From Candidatus Omnitrophota bacterium (GTDB lineage: Bacteria > Omnitrophota > Gorgyraeia > JAGLLT01): a stretch of DNA of 64,000 nt. Under the pieces are notes generated by a model. That model was not told the DNA's origin. It did not search any database and was given only the letters and a program-made list of their open reading frames with translations. The position numbers and the translations under genes were made by a program. The stretch's first letter is position 1; every line of letters begins with the position of its first letter. The stretch covers positions 142,289-206,288 of the forward strand of contig DAOVJY010000001.1 of the NCBI GenBank assembly GCA_030632085.1, written 5' to 3'. Below, one piece after another: positions 27,714 to 40,286 of this stretch.

Positions 27714-28607
27714 TCACACCTTCGCCAGATGACCATCCCCATGCTCTCTTAGAGGGATATCATCATCTGGAGGGGTATATTCAAACTTAGTGATATCAAT
27801 CTTAAGCTTCCTGGTTTCAGGCTCAGGAGCTAATCCTGCCTGAAAGAGGATTTTGGTATAGGGGTGGAGCGGATTATTGTATATTTCTTTGGCGTCTGCT
27901 ATTTCAACTATTTTACCTTGATACATAACAGCAACTCTATCACAGAAATATTCAACTAAGGGTAAGTCGTGACTTATAAATAAATAACTAAGGTTTAATT
28001 CTTTTTGTAATTGTTTAAGTAAGTTTAATATCTGGGCTCTAATTGACATATCAAGTGATGAAACCGCCTCATCACAAACAATAAACTCCGGCTCCACCGA
28101 TAATGCCCTGGCAATGGCTACTCTCTGCCTCTGGCCTCCTGAGAACTGATGAGGGTATTTATTTTTATCAGCATAAACTAAACCTACCAACTCTAATAAC
28201 TCTCTTAATCTTTTACCTTCACCTTGACTATCATATAGCTTATGTATTCTAATGCCCTCGAGTAAAATATCTTTAATAGACATCCGGGGATTAAGGGAAT
28301 TGAAAGGGTCCTGAAAGATTATCTGAGAGCTTCTTCTTACCTTTCTGATGTCTCCCCTATCCCGACTAAAAACATCTATACCTTTAATTAAAACTTCACC
28401 CTTATCAGGTTTTAATAAATTTAAAATCAGCCTTCCGCAAGTAGTCTTACCGCTTCCGGACTCACCAACTAACCCGAGACTACTTCCCTCTTTAATTTCA
28501 AAGTCCACATTATCAACGGCTCTGACTTCTGTCTTTTTGTATCCAAAAAGACCTTTAGAGATACTAAATATTTTAGTTAAGTTTTTTACTTCAACTATTT
28601 TTTGCAT
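27714..28607 (-). CDS. oppF: Oligopeptide/dipeptide ABC transporter ATPase
   Basis: GESGSGKT, FSGGQRQR, CDEAVSSLD, HPYT. Confidence 0.9.
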   Translation of the reverse strand: MQKIVEVKNLTKIFSISKGLFGYKKTEVRAVDNVDFEIKEGSSLGLVGESGSGKTTCGRLILNLLKPDKGEVLIKGIDVFSRDRGDIRKVRRSSQIIFQDPFNSLNPRMSIKDILLEGIRIHKLYDSQGEGKRLRELLELVGLVYADKNKYPHQFSGGQRQRVAIARALSVEPEFIVCDEAVSSLDMSIRAQILNLLKQLQKELNLSYLFISHDLPLVEYFCDRVAVMYQGKIVEIADAKEIYNNPLHPYTKILFQAGLAPEPETRKLKIDITKFEYTPPDDDIPLREHGDGHLAKV

Positions 28608-29551
28608 TTATGACACCTTACAAAGTGGCCTTTATTGATTTCTACTAATTCGGTAATTTTATTTTTACACTCCGCGTCCGCCTCGCTACATCTGGGCTTA
28701 AACCTGCAGCCGATGGGTAGTTTAGTTAAATCGCAGACCGCACCTTTTAGCACCGTGAGATTATCCTTCTTCTGCTGCATCTGTTTTAGGGAAACCAGTA
28801 ATGCTTTTGTATAAGGATGCCGCGGATTTTTAAAGAGGTCTTCACTTGAGGCATATTCAACTATTTCACCGGCATACATTACCGCGATTGAATCCGCTAA
28901 GCGGGCAATTACCCCAAAATCATGACTGACAATTAAAACAGACATATTATACTCTCTTTGAAGTTCATCAAGCAGCTCTAAAACCTGCGCCTGGGTAGTG
29001 ACATCCAGCGCCGTGGTCGGCTCATCAGCGATTAAGATATCCGGCTTAAGAGAAATAGCCATTGCTATCATCACCCTTTGCCTCATACCGCCGCTTAAAT
29101 TATGGGGATATTCATAGAACCTGGCTTCGGGTTTATCTATTTTTACTTTCTTTAAAAGCTCTATCGCCTGCTTCTTAGCCTCACTTTGAGTAACCTGCTT
29201 ATGAGTCATGATGGCTTCGGTTAGTTGTTCACCGATGGTTATTACCGGATTTAGAGAACTCATCGGCTCCTGAAAAATCATAGATATCTTATCACCCCGG
29301 ACAGTTCTTAACTTTTTGCTATCCATCTTAAAGATATTTTCATCCTTAAATAAAATCTTCCCCCAGGTTATCTGGGCTTCAGCCGGAAGCAGTTTTAGAA
29401 TAGCTAAACAGGTCATACTTTTACCGCAGCCGGACTCACCTACCAGGCCCAGGTTCTTTCCTTTTTCTATCTTTAAGGAAACCTTATCGCAGGCCTTCAG
29501 TTCACCTTGAGGGGTCTTGAATTTAACTGTAAGTTCTTTTATCTCTAACAT
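28595..29551 (-). CDS. oppD: Oligopeptide/dipeptide ABC transporter ATPase
   Basis: [31 protein letters not shown]. Confidence 0.9.
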   Translation of the reverse strand: MLEIKELTVKFKTPQGELKACDKVSLKIEKGKNLGLVGESGCGKSMTCLAILKLLPAEAQITWGKILFKDENIFKMDSKKLRTVRGDKISMIFQEPMSSLNPVITIGEQLTEAIMTHKQVTQSEAKKQAIELLKKVKIDKPEARFYEYPHNLSGGMRQRVMIAMAISLKPDILIADEPTTALDVTTQAQVLELLDELQREYNMSVLIVSHDFGVIARLADSIAVMYAGEIVEYASSEDLFKNPRHPYTKALLVSLKQMQQKKDNLTVLKGAVCDLTKLPIGCRFKPRCSEADAECKNKITELVEINKGHFVRCHKCKK

Positions 29552-30390
29552 TATTTCTGATTAAATCCTTTTAGTCTGGGGTCCAGAACATCCCTGAGCG
29601 TCTCACCCACCAGGTTATAACTTAAAACAGTTATTAGGATTGCTAAACCGGGAAAGAGCATCAGCCACCAGGCGCTTTCAATATAATGCATACCGGTAGT
29701 TAGAATATTGCCCCAACTAGGCGTTGGTATCTGTACTCCCAGGCCTAAAAAACTCAAAGAGGACTCAATTAATATCGCTCCGCCGACACCTAAGACAGCG
29801 CTGACATATACCGGCGATAAAGCATTGGGGAGAATGTGCCTGAAGATTATCCTTCTATCTCCCGCCCCTAAAGCCCTGGCGGCATGAACATAATCCCTTT
29901 CTTTTAGGGATAAAAACTCTGCCCTGACTAATCTGGCTAAACCTGTCCAACCGGTTAAACCAATAACCGCCATTACTATCAGGATATTGGGCCCTAAAAA
30001 AGCAATCAGCATTAAAATCAAAAATATCCTGGGAAAACACATAATTATTTCGACTATTCTCATTAAAAGGATATCCACCCAACCGCCAAAATATCCCGCA
30101 ATTGCCCCTACCGTGACTCCGATAATTAAAGATAAACCCACCGCCACAAAACCCACGCTTAACGATATTCGCGCTCCATAGACCATACGCGAGAAGACAT
30201 CCCGGCCTAAATCATCCGTACCTAAAAGATGTTTTAATGACGGTGCCTGAAGCCTGGCTCCGGGAGCTAGATTTATTTCTTCGGGGTCATAAGGCGCGAT
30301 AAAGTTGGCGAAGACAGCTATTAGAAACATAACTAAGATAACCGCTAAACCCACAGCCGCGTATTTTTTTCTAAAGTCTTTTTTCTTACT
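29551..30390 (-). CDS. oppC: Peptide ABC transporter permease
   Basis: LGTDDLGRD, AARALGA, RHILPN. Confidence 0.9.
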   Translation of the reverse strand, partial: SKKKDFRKKYAAVGLAVILVMFLIAVFANFIAPYDPEEINLAPGARLQAPSLKHLLGTDDLGRDVFSRMVYGARISLSVGFVAVGLSLIIGVTVGAIAGYFGGWVDILLMRIVEIIMCFPRIFLILMLIAFLGPNILIVMAVIGLTGWTGLARLVRAEFLSLKERDYVHAARALGAGDRRIIFRHILPNALSPVYVSAVLGVGGAILIESSLSFLGLGVQIPTPSWGNILTTGMHYIESAWWLMLFPGLAILITVLSYNLVGETLRDVLDPRLKGFNQK

Positions 30391-31357
30391 CATATCTAAT
30401 CCTGGGGTCAATTGCCGCATAAAGAATATCTGAAATTAGAATTCCCAAAAGGGTTAAGAAAACACTTATAATCCCGACACCCATAACTGTGGGATAGTCA
30501 TACTGCATAATTGACATATATCCTAAGCGTCCCATTCCCGGCCAGGCAAAGATGGTCTCAAAAATAAAACTGCCCCCGATTAAAGCCGGCAGGGTCATAC
30601 CTAAAATGGTTACAACCGGTAAAAGCGCATTTTTTAAGGCATGCTTAAATATTATCCTGTTCTCAGCTAAACCTTTGGCCCGGGCGGTTCTGATATAATC
30701 CTGCCTGATAACTTCCAACATGCTGTATCTGACATAACGGGAAAGGCTAGCCAGGCCGGTAAAGGCCAGAGTAACCAGGGGCAGGACTAAATGCCATAAA
30801 ATATCCCCTATCCTTTGAGGTAGGCTCATATACTGGGCATACCAAGGACTCATACCAGAGACCGGAAACCACTCTAACTCAAAAGAAAATAGACGCATTA
30901 ACATTAAGGCCAGCCAGAATGTAGGCGTGGCAAAACCGATAAAAACTAAAAAAGTGGTTACTTTATCAAAAAATGAATTTTGTTTTACCGCCGATAAAAC
31001 CCCCACGGGGATAGCAATGGAAAAGATTAATAACAAGGCTGAAATCTGCAGGAGTAAGGTTGCCGGAAGTCGCTCTTTAATCTTATCTATAACCGGGCGA
31101 TTATCTACAAAAGACCTTCCAAAATCAAGGGTAACTACCCTTTTGAGCCAGCAGCCATATTGAACCACAAAAGGTTTATCTAAATTATAGAGTTCTTTTA
31201 ACTGGGCTCTGGCCGAGCCGGACACTTCCGGATTGAGGCCATAACGCAAGCTGGTCGGATCCCCGGGGGATAAATGCATTATCAGCAGGGTTAATAAAGA
31301 AATCCCGAGTAACATGGGAACCATTAATAATAATCTTTTTGCTATATATTTAATCAT
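30386..31357 (-). CDS. oppB: Peptide ABC transporter permease
   Basis: LDFGRS, DYIRTARAKGL, HALKNA. Confidence 0.9.
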   Translation of the reverse strand: MIKYIAKRLLLMVPMLLGISLLTLLIMHLSPGDPTSLRYGLNPEVSGSARAQLKELYNLDKPFVVQYGCWLKRVVTLDFGRSFVDNRPVIDKIKERLPATLLLQISALLLIFSIAIPVGVLSAVKQNSFFDKVTTFLVFIGFATPTFWLALMLMRLFSFELEWFPVSGMSPWYAQYMSLPQRIGDILWHLVLPLVTLAFTGLASLSRYVRYSMLEVIRQDYIRTARAKGLAENRIIFKHALKNALLPVVTILGMTLPALIGGSFIFETIFAWPGMGRLGYMSIMQYDYPTVMGVGIISVFLTLLGILISDILYAAIDPRIRYE

Positions 31358-31360
31358 ATC

Positions 31361-32950
31361 TTAAAACACATATCTCTGCTCAGCTTTAGGCACATGCCAG
31401 TTAATAAAATCATATGAAATCCCGGCCGGTGCCGGAACAATTCCCTTAAATCTTTTATTTACCGCCGGTAAAGCATAAGGAAAATATAAAAATGTATAAG
31501 GCTGTTCTTCGGCAATAAGAGCGTGTATCTTCTGATAACATTTGGCCCTCTCGCTTATATCATAAGTGCCCCTTGCCGCCTCAATCAGTTTATCAACCTC
31601 CGGATTATTATAGCCGATAAAATTAAGCCCGCCTTCTTTTATAGTCTCACTGTGCCAGACATTATAACAGTCCGGGTCAATGGGCATGGTCCAGCCTAAA
31701 ATAAGCGCCTGGAAATTTCTCTTATCCACGAACTCTTTTAAAAAGGTTACAAAGGCGATAGTCTGGACTTCCACTTTAATACCTATATCCTGCCAGTTGC
31801 GCTGGGTGATGGTCGCCACATCTTCTCTTTGTTTATTGCCCTGATTAGTAATCAATTTAAAAGAAAAAGGTTGGCCATTTTTATCTAAGATACCATCAGC
31901 ATCCGTATCTTCCCAGCCGGCCTCAGCCAATAACTCCCGAGCCTTATCGGGGTCATAAGGATATTTTTTTACGTCATCATTATAGGCATAGGTATTTTTA
32001 ATAAAGGGCCCGCTGCACTCCTCGCCTAAACCCATTAAAACCCCTTCAATAATAGCCTCTTTATCAATAGCATAAGAAAGGGCCTGCCTGACTCTCTTAT
32101 CAGAAAACATGGGGTCTTTTAAATTATAGCCGATATAGGTATACTGATGCGCCAGGTATTTATATTTATTAAAGCGCTGATTAAACTTAATTGTCTCTGT
32201 ACGGTATTTATACTGATAGGGGCTTAAGCTCATATAGTCAATGCCGCCGGTAATAAGCTCCAAGAACTGAACCGCCTGGTCGGGAATAATACGCTCAACA
32301 TATTTTGAAATATAGGGCTCACCATCAAAATAATCTTTATAACTGTTTAGAATCATATGCTGGTCTGTCTTCCAGACGTCTAATATATAAGGGCCTGTTC
32401 CTACGGGAGCGCGGGCATATTTGGAATCGCGGATATTAATCCCTTTAAATAAATGTTTAGGAATAATACCCATACCCAGTTTTAATAACGCGGGGGCATA
32501 GGGTTTTTTATAAACAAATTCTATTGTATGCTTATCAATAACTCTTATATTTTCTATATCCTGAAAACTGGCTATATAGGGTACGGCATTATCAGGATTA
32601 AGAATGGTTTCAAAGGTGAACTTAACATCCTCCGCCGTAAATTCCACACCGTCCTGCCAAATAACATTTTCTCGAAGCTTGAAAATAATTCGCAGCTTAT
32701 CATCAGAGACTTCCCAGCTTTTTGCCAAATCACCGACAACCTTTAAATCTTTGTCAACTTTAGTAAGGCCGTTATAAACCAGGCCGCAAATACCGCCTGA
32801 AGCCGAATCATCGGCTAAAAAAGGAATTAATATAGTCGCGTCAGATAAACTGCCCGAGACATAAGCATCGCCGTAATCGTCCGCGAAACTAAAAGAAAAA
32901 CCAAAAATAAACAATAAAAAAGACACTGTTATTGCAAACAATGTCTTCAT
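31361..32950 (-). CDS. oppA: Peptide ABC transporter substrate-binding protein (SBP family 5)
   Basis: LAKSWEVS, W.DG..FTAEDVKFT, PVGTGPY. Confidence 0.9.
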   Translation of the reverse strand: MKTLFAITVSFLLFIFGFSFSFADDYGDAYVSGSLSDATILIPFLADDSASGGICGLVYNGLTKVDKDLKVVGDLAKSWEVSDDKLRIIFKLRENVIWQDGVEFTAEDVKFTFETILNPDNAVPYIASFQDIENIRVIDKHTIEFVYKKPYAPALLKLGMGIIPKHLFKGINIRDSKYARAPVGTGPYILDVWKTDQHMILNSYKDYFDGEPYISKYVERIIPDQAVQFLELITGGIDYMSLSPYQYKYRTETIKFNQRFNKYKYLAHQYTYIGYNLKDPMFSDKRVRQALSYAIDKEAIIEGVLMGLGEECSGPFIKNTYAYNDDVKKYPYDPDKARELLAEAGWEDTDADGILDKNGQPFSFKLITNQGNKQREDVATITQRNWQDIGIKVEVQTIAFVTFLKEFVDKRNFQALILGWTMPIDPDCYNVWHSETIKEGGLNFIGYNNPEVDKLIEAARGTYDISERAKCYQKIHALIAEEQPYTFLYFPYALPAVNKRFKGIVPAPAGISYDFINWHVPKAEQRYVF

Positions 32951-33008
32951 TATCATCCCTTCAATAATATATGAGGGTTTGAAAGTATAAGAACTGCTAC
33001 TAAAGAAT

Positions 33009-33335
33009 TTACTCTCCTTTAGCTTCATCTTGCACAGGCTCGGCACCGGCAGCCTTTTCTACCTGCTCTTGATTAGCAGCTTCAGGGCCTTCAAAGAGAG
33101 ACTCTGTCTTTTTGCCTGTAAGTATTGTCAGCGATATGCAGATTACAAAGAACAAGACCGCGAGAACAGCTGTACCCTTTGTGAGAAATTTAGAGGCTTT
33201 GGCACCTAAGAATGATTCGGCCATGCCGCCGCCAAAAGCACCGGCTATACCTCCGCCATCTCCCTGCTGCATTAAAACTAACCCTACTAAAATCACGCAG
33301 ACAATTACATGCAAGGTTATCAAAATTGCAAACAT
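33009..33335 (-). CDS. secG: Preprotein translocase subunit SecG
   Basis: VLMQQGDGGGIAGAFGGG, LTKGT; downstream of tpiA. Confidence 0.92.
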   Translation of the reverse strand: MFAILITLHVIVCVILVGLVLMQQGDGGGIAGAFGGGMAESFLGAKASKFLTKGTAVLAVLFFVICISLTILTGKKTESLFEGPEAANQEQVEKAAGAEPVQDEAKGE

Positions 33336-33338
33336 TTT

Positions 33339-34103
33339 TTACTCCTTATTAGATTTTTTGACTAATTCAGTAAAACTTTCGGCGTCTAAACTCGCCCCGC
33401 CTATAAGGCCCCCGTCAACATCAGGCTGGCTTATAAGCTCCTCTACGTTTGAGGACTTCATGCTGCCGCCATAGAGGATAATCGTCTCATTAGCTACTTC
33501 CTGATTATATTTTTCTTTAATAAGATTTCTGATAAAAGCGTGAGCTTCCTGAGCTTGTTCGGCAGTGGCCGTTTTACCGGTACCTATAGCCCAAACCGGC
33601 TCATAAGCAATGATTATTTCTTTCATGGCCTCAACATCTATATCCTTTAAATCACCTTCTAACTGAGAGGTGATAACATCAAATGTTTTATTGGCTTCTC
33701 TTTCTTCAAGTTTTTCCCCGATACAAAGGATGGGAGTCAAACCGGCTTCAATGGCTTTCTTTATTTTTTTATTTATAAGCGTGTCGGATTCATTAAAAAT
33801 AACTCTTCTCTCCGAGTGGCCTATAATAACATGGCTGCAACCGTTGTCCTTAAGCATAGAGGCTGATATTTCTCCGGTATAAGCTCCGCTCTCCTCAAAA
33901 TAGAAATTTTGCGCTCCCAGGGAGATATTTGATTCATTTATAACGTCACTGGCAACAGATAGGGCCGTAAACGGCGGACAAATTAAAATATCAACATTAT
34001 CTATATCGCATACTTCTCTTTTTATCTCATTAACCAAAATTGCGGCTTCTGTAGCCGTTTTGTTCATTTTCCAGTTTCCAGCAATTAATATTCTTCGTGC
34101 CAT
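33339..34103 (-). CDS. tpiA: Triosephosphate isomerase
   Basis: AGNWKMN, GHSERR, AYEPVWAIGTG. Confidence 0.97.
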   Translation of the reverse strand: MARRILIAGNWKMNKTATEAAILVNEIKREVCDIDNVDILICPPFTALSVASDVINESNISLGAQNFYFEESGAYTGEISASMLKDNGCSHVIIGHSERRVIFNESDTLINKKIKKAIEAGLTPILCIGEKLEEREANKTFDVITSQLEGDLKDIDVEAMKEIIIAYEPVWAIGTGKTATAEQAQEAHAFIRNLIKEKYNQEVANETIILYGGSMKSSNVEELISQPDVDGGLIGGASLDAESFTELVKKSNKE

Positions 34104-34113
34104 TTTTTATTCC

Positions 34114-36358
<2,245 letters not shown>

Positions 36359-36380
36359 TTATATATAAAAAAGCCCTCTC

Positions 36381-36419
36381 TGTCAAGGTATTTATTGGAA
36401 ATTAGGCCTAATTATGCTT
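36381..36419. repeat. 39 bp direct repeat (copy 2 at 37035-37073) carrying a TTGACA -35 box
   Basis: TGTCAAGGTATTTATTG(G/A)AAATTAGGC(C/A)TAATTATG. Confidence 0.8.
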
Positions 36420-36487
36420 GGTGAAACTTAGAAGAAGAAAGGACCTCATTTACCCTTCTATAATAAATTATTTCACGTAATGCAGAA

Positions 36488-36757
36488 CTATTCATAATGT
36501 GTCCACATTCGGAGTATCTTTACAGTCTTGATATCTTTCAATATTTGGTAAACTAACCTATGATGAATATTAACACGACGAGAATATGCTCCAACTAAAT
36601 CTCCAACTAACTTTTCAAAAGATGGTTGCTGCTGGAAAGGATTATTGTTAAGGATTTCTAATAATTCTTCTACTTTTGGACGTAATCCCGAGGCATTAAT
36701 CTTTTTGGCATCTTTTTGAGCTTGTTTTGTGTAAACCAAGCGCCATTTCTTCACCAT
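36488..36757 (-). CDS. yoeB: Txe/YoeB-family toxin
   Basis: EKLVGDLVGAYSRRVNIHHRLVY...MWTHYE. Confidence 0.9.
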   Translation of the reverse strand: MVKKWRLVYTKQAQKDAKKINASGLRPKVEELLEILNNNPFQQQPSFEKLVGDLVGAYSRRVNIHHRLVYQILKDIKTVKILRMWTHYE

Positions 36758-36993
36758 TTCAGCACTTTGCTGCATTTTTCAACAGGTGTTTTGAGCCCTT
36801 CCCGTATTGATTTTCTCATCTCGGGGATTGACAATAAATAAAGTGTTTCCTTTACCGCGTTCCAATCATCAGTAGACACAAGAACAGCATTTGCCCTCTT
36901 GCCTGTAATCTGAATCGGCATATGAGAAGAAGCCGTTTCATCTAATAGTTTGTATAGTTTTGTTCTTGCTTCAGTTACGGTTATTGTTTTCAT
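36751..36993 (-). CDS. yefM: Phd/YefM antitoxin
   Basis: ITVTEARTKLYKLLD...AVLVS..DW...ETLYL. Confidence 0.9.
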   Translation of the reverse strand: MKTITVTEARTKLYKLLDETASSHMPIQITGKRANAVLVSTDDWNAVKETLYLLSIPEMRKSIREGLKTPVEKCSKVLKW

Positions 36994-37077
36994 AATAATC
37001 ACCTCTAGTTAAATATACGTTATTACGTACGCATTGTCAAGGTATTTATTGAAAATTAGGCATAATTATGTTTTCCA

Positions 37078-37212
37078 GATAACAATAAGACCTTATAGGG
37101 CTCTTCGCTTATTCGTTTTATTAGGATTTCTTCTAGTTTTTGCTTTAATTTGGGTGATAATGCACGAACATCTTTAAGGGCGGTTTTTGTAAGCGTGATT
37201 TAATAACGCCTT
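37078..37212 (-). pseudogene. Truncated RelE/YoeB-like toxin remnant
   Basis: RRY*ITLTKTALKDVRALSPKLKQKLEEILIKRISEEPYK; internal stop, truncated at the direct repeat. Confidence 0.6.
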
Positions 37213-37402
37213 ATTTCTGACTCTCAAATGCCTCATCCATGGAAACAGTTTCACCTTTTTTCATTTCTTTTACAGACTGAGCAATGCTTTTTCGAAAGCC
37301 CGGAATCGAAGATAAATATATTGTTTCCTCTTGGGCTTTCAAATCGTCCCCAACTGATACATAAACATCATTCTCTAATTTATTGCTCGTCATAAATAGC
37401 AT
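37211..37402 (-). CDS. Antitoxin-like protein/remnant (YefM-like C-terminus)
   Basis: EETIYLSSIPGFRKSI resembles KETLYLLSIPEMRKSI of neighbouring YefM. Confidence 0.55.
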   Translation of the reverse strand: MLFMTSNKLENDVYVSVGDDLKAQEETIYLSSIPGFRKSIAQSVKEMKKGETVSMDEAFESQK

Positions 37403-37513
37403 CCTTTTCGTTATCCCACAACTCTTTCAAAACGATGTCTTCCTCCAGATGAATAGTAAGTAATTTTAACTCTTTTTCTTCAGTAATTCGCTGTAAATAT
37501 TTAGGTATATTTT

Positions 37514-38467
37514 TCACAATACCTTCTCCAGCCTATCCCCGCTTGCTAATCTAAAACCAATTAAAAAATCAGTATCATCCAGGGGTTTTTTGCCCTCTTG
37601 TTGTAAGCTAAGCAGTCTAATATAGCCATTTTTACATTTAACGACTAAACCTTGCTTCTTGTGAGCTAATGCCACTTCGGAGGGTTTATAATCCCTATCC
37701 TCTAATAAATCACTAGCTACCTCAATCACCCGGCTCTTAAGAACCTTTATTCTTTTGTCCTTAAAGAAAAAATAAGCTCCCGGCCAACCGGATGTACCTC
37801 TTATTAAATTATGAACTTCCCGGGCATCTTTATTCCAAACAATCAACCCATCTTCTTTCTTTAGGGCTCTGGCAAGCGATACTTTACTTTTGTCTTGAGG
37901 AGTGAAAATAATTTTGCCTTCAATAATTTCATCAATAACTTCTAAAATCATTTCACCTGATAAACCGGACAACTTATCTGAAAGCGTCTGCGCATTATCG
38001 TCCGAACTTATATCCAGTTCTTTTATATTAGCTATCTCACCCGCATCCATACTATTATTTATCTTAAAAATACTCACACCAGCCTTAGCCTCCCCGTTTA
38101 TCAGCGCCCAGTTTATGGGTGCCGCTCCTCTGTATTTTGGTAAAAGCGAGGGATGGATATTAATTGAATATAGTTTAGGAAGATTGAAGATGCTTTCAGG
38201 TAAAAAACTGCCATAAGCACAGACAACATAGATATCAGCTTTAATCTCGCGAAGTTCATTTAGGGCATCAAATGGTTTTTTATATTCAAGCACTTTTTGC
38301 CCCTTACTTAGAGCTAATTTCTTTACAGGCGACTGCATTAGCCCCAATGACCTGCCGCCTTTGCTATCGGGCTGGGTTACAACGGCCTCAACTCTATGTT
38401 CACTCGCCCAAAGCCTTTTAAGAGGCTCTAAAGCAAACTCCGAAGTACCAAAATAGACTATTTTCAT
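37514..38467 (-). CDS. fmt: Methionyl-tRNA formyltransferase
   Basis: IVYFGTSEFA, VVTQPD, NIHPSLLPKYRGAAPI, MDAG. Confidence 0.95.
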   Translation of the reverse strand: MKIVYFGTSEFALEPLKRLWASEHRVEAVVTQPDSKGGRSLGLMQSPVKKLALSKGQKVLEYKKPFDALNELREIKADIYVVCAYGSFLPESIFNLPKLYSINIHPSLLPKYRGAAPINWALINGEAKAGVSIFKINNSMDAGEIANIKELDISSDDNAQTLSDKLSGLSGEMILEVIDEIIEGKIIFTPQDKSKVSLARALKKEDGLIVWNKDAREVHNLIRGTSGWPGAYFFFKDKRIKVLKSRVIEVASDLLEDRDYKPSEVALAHKKQGLVVKCKNGYIRLLSLQQEGKKPLDDTDFLIGFRLASGDRLEKVL

Positions 38468-38612
38468 ACACTTATCCATGATTATACAACTTATCATAGC
38501 TTGTACTTAAATTCAACTTAAATATGCTATAATTACATATAACCTTATATATTGACAAAATTTACGCTTTTGCATATAATCATATTTAGACATTTAATAA
38601 TAGGAGAAAATT

Positions 38613-40019
38613 ATGGCTGATGCTCCCAAGGAAATACCTCAGGAAATACAAGCATATTTAATTAAAGCCGAAGGCGCTTTTAAAAAACATAATTATGACT
38701 ATGCTATCGAGCTCTACAGCAATGCCCTCGAATCAGATAAGACTATTAATAAGATACGTCATTACCTGCATATAAGTAAAATAAAAAACAACCGGGAAAA
38801 CCCGCCTTCATTTATTGTTCTGGGACTACATAAGGCCAAAGGCCAGGCTATTGCTTTAAACGCCAAAAAACTCGCATCCCAGGATAAGATTAATGAAGCT
38901 ATAGATGAATATGAAAAATCCCTTTCAGTAAACCCTTTAAATACTAAGACATTGTGCCATATGGGCGATCTTTTTGATCAGCTTGATAATAAGGAAGCCG
39001 CTATAATGACATTTCAGGATGCCCTCATGGTAAATCCTAATGAATTAAACGCTCTTAAAGAACTGGGTAGGCTCTTTAAAGAAAAAGAGGAGTTTGATAA
39101 AGCCAGACAATATTACAGCCACGCGCAAAAGTTAAATCCTACCGACGCAGATATCTTACAGGGATTAAAAGACCTCTCCGCCCTGCAGACTATAGATAGA
39201 GGCGGTTGGCAGGACCAGGATACATTCCGCGATAAAATCTTAGATAAAGAGAAAGCCTCCGAATTGGAAATCGAAACCAGAGCTTCAAAATCAGCTGAAG
39301 ATATAGAGTATCTCATTAACAGCATTAAAAAAAATCTTGCCTCAGACCCTGAGAACGTTAACCTTCTATTTAAATTAGCTGATAGCTATAAAGCCAAAGG
39401 TTTCCTCGCTGAAGCTATAGAAATTTATTCGCAAATCTTAAAATTAAAACCGGAAAACGAAGTCGCTTTAAGGAATATTGAAGATATAAACATTAAGAGC
39501 CTGGAAGTCGACTTAAATAAATTAAAAGAATCCTTAAAAATAGACCCCGAAAACACCCAAATAAAACAGAAAATCCAAGAAGTTGAAAATAAACAAAATC
39601 AAATACATTGTGAGCGCATAAAAAATCAAGTCGCGAAGCTGCCCAACGACCTTGCCCTGCGTTTTAAATACGGTATGCTCCTGAAACAAAAAGGAATGCT
39701 TGATGAAGCTATCAGCCAGTTTCAGGAAGCCATCAAAGATCCCTCCAGGCGGCTTGATGGCCTTAATATAATTGGGGAATGTTTCAAGGATAAAGGTTTG
39801 CTTGACCTAGCCGTAACCCAGTTCAAGAAAGCTCTATCGCTAACCGGTGAAGTTAATGAAAAAACTAAAATGATTATATACAATCTTGGTACAGCTTATG
39901 AGAAAATGGGTAAATCTCAGGAAGCCGTTGAAGAGTTCAAGAAAATCTACGAGGTAGATATCAGCTATAAAGATGTCGCTAAAAAAATCGAGCAAGCCTA
40001 TCAAGGGCCTAAAGATTAG
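38613..40019 (+). CDS. Tetratricopeptide repeat protein
   Basis: Multiple TPR motifs. Confidence 0.88.
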   Translation: MADAPKEIPQEIQAYLIKAEGAFKKHNYDYAIELYSNALESDKTINKIRHYLHISKIKNNRENPPSFIVLGLHKAKGQAIALNAKKLASQDKINEAIDEYEKSLSVNPLNTKTLCHMGDLFDQLDNKEAAIMTFQDALMVNPNELNALKELGRLFKEKEEFDKARQYYSHAQKLNPTDADILQGLKDLSALQTIDRGGWQDQDTFRDKILDKEKASELEIETRASKSAEDIEYLINSIKKNLASDPENVNLLFKLADSYKAKGFLAEAIEIYSQILKLKPENEVALRNIEDINIKSLEVDLNKLKESLKIDPENTQIKQKIQEVENKQNQIHCERIKNQVAKLPNDLALRFKYGMLLKQKGMLDEAISQFQEAIKDPSRRLDGLNIIGECFKDKGLLDLAVTQFKKALSLTGEVNEKTKMIIYNLGTAYEKMGKSQEAVEEFKKIYEVDISYKDVAKKIEQAYQGPKD

Positions 40020-40276
40020 ACAAGTTGCAAGATACAAGTCATAAGAGACAAGCAAACAAGAAATAAGTCACAAGTCACAAGCAAAAAAACAAAAACAAAA
40101 GACAAGATGCAAGATGCAAGATGCAAAAACAAATCCTAAATCCTAAACAAATCTCAAATACTAATATTTAAATTCTAAACAAATTACAAATTCAAATTTC
40201 AAAGCCTTACTGTTTTGGATTTTGGTCATTTGAATTTTAGTATTGTTTAGTATTTGGTGCTTAGTACTTAGGATTT
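40019..40276. repeat. 7-mer tandem repeats (CAAGnnn) plus 7-mer-periodic long inverted repeat
   Basis: CAAGTTG CAAGATA CAAGTCA...CAAGATG x3 (40021-40128); AAATCCTAAATCCTAA...TTAGTACTTAGGATTT (40131-40276). Confidence 0.75.
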
Positions 40277-40286
40277 ATTTCTCTGA

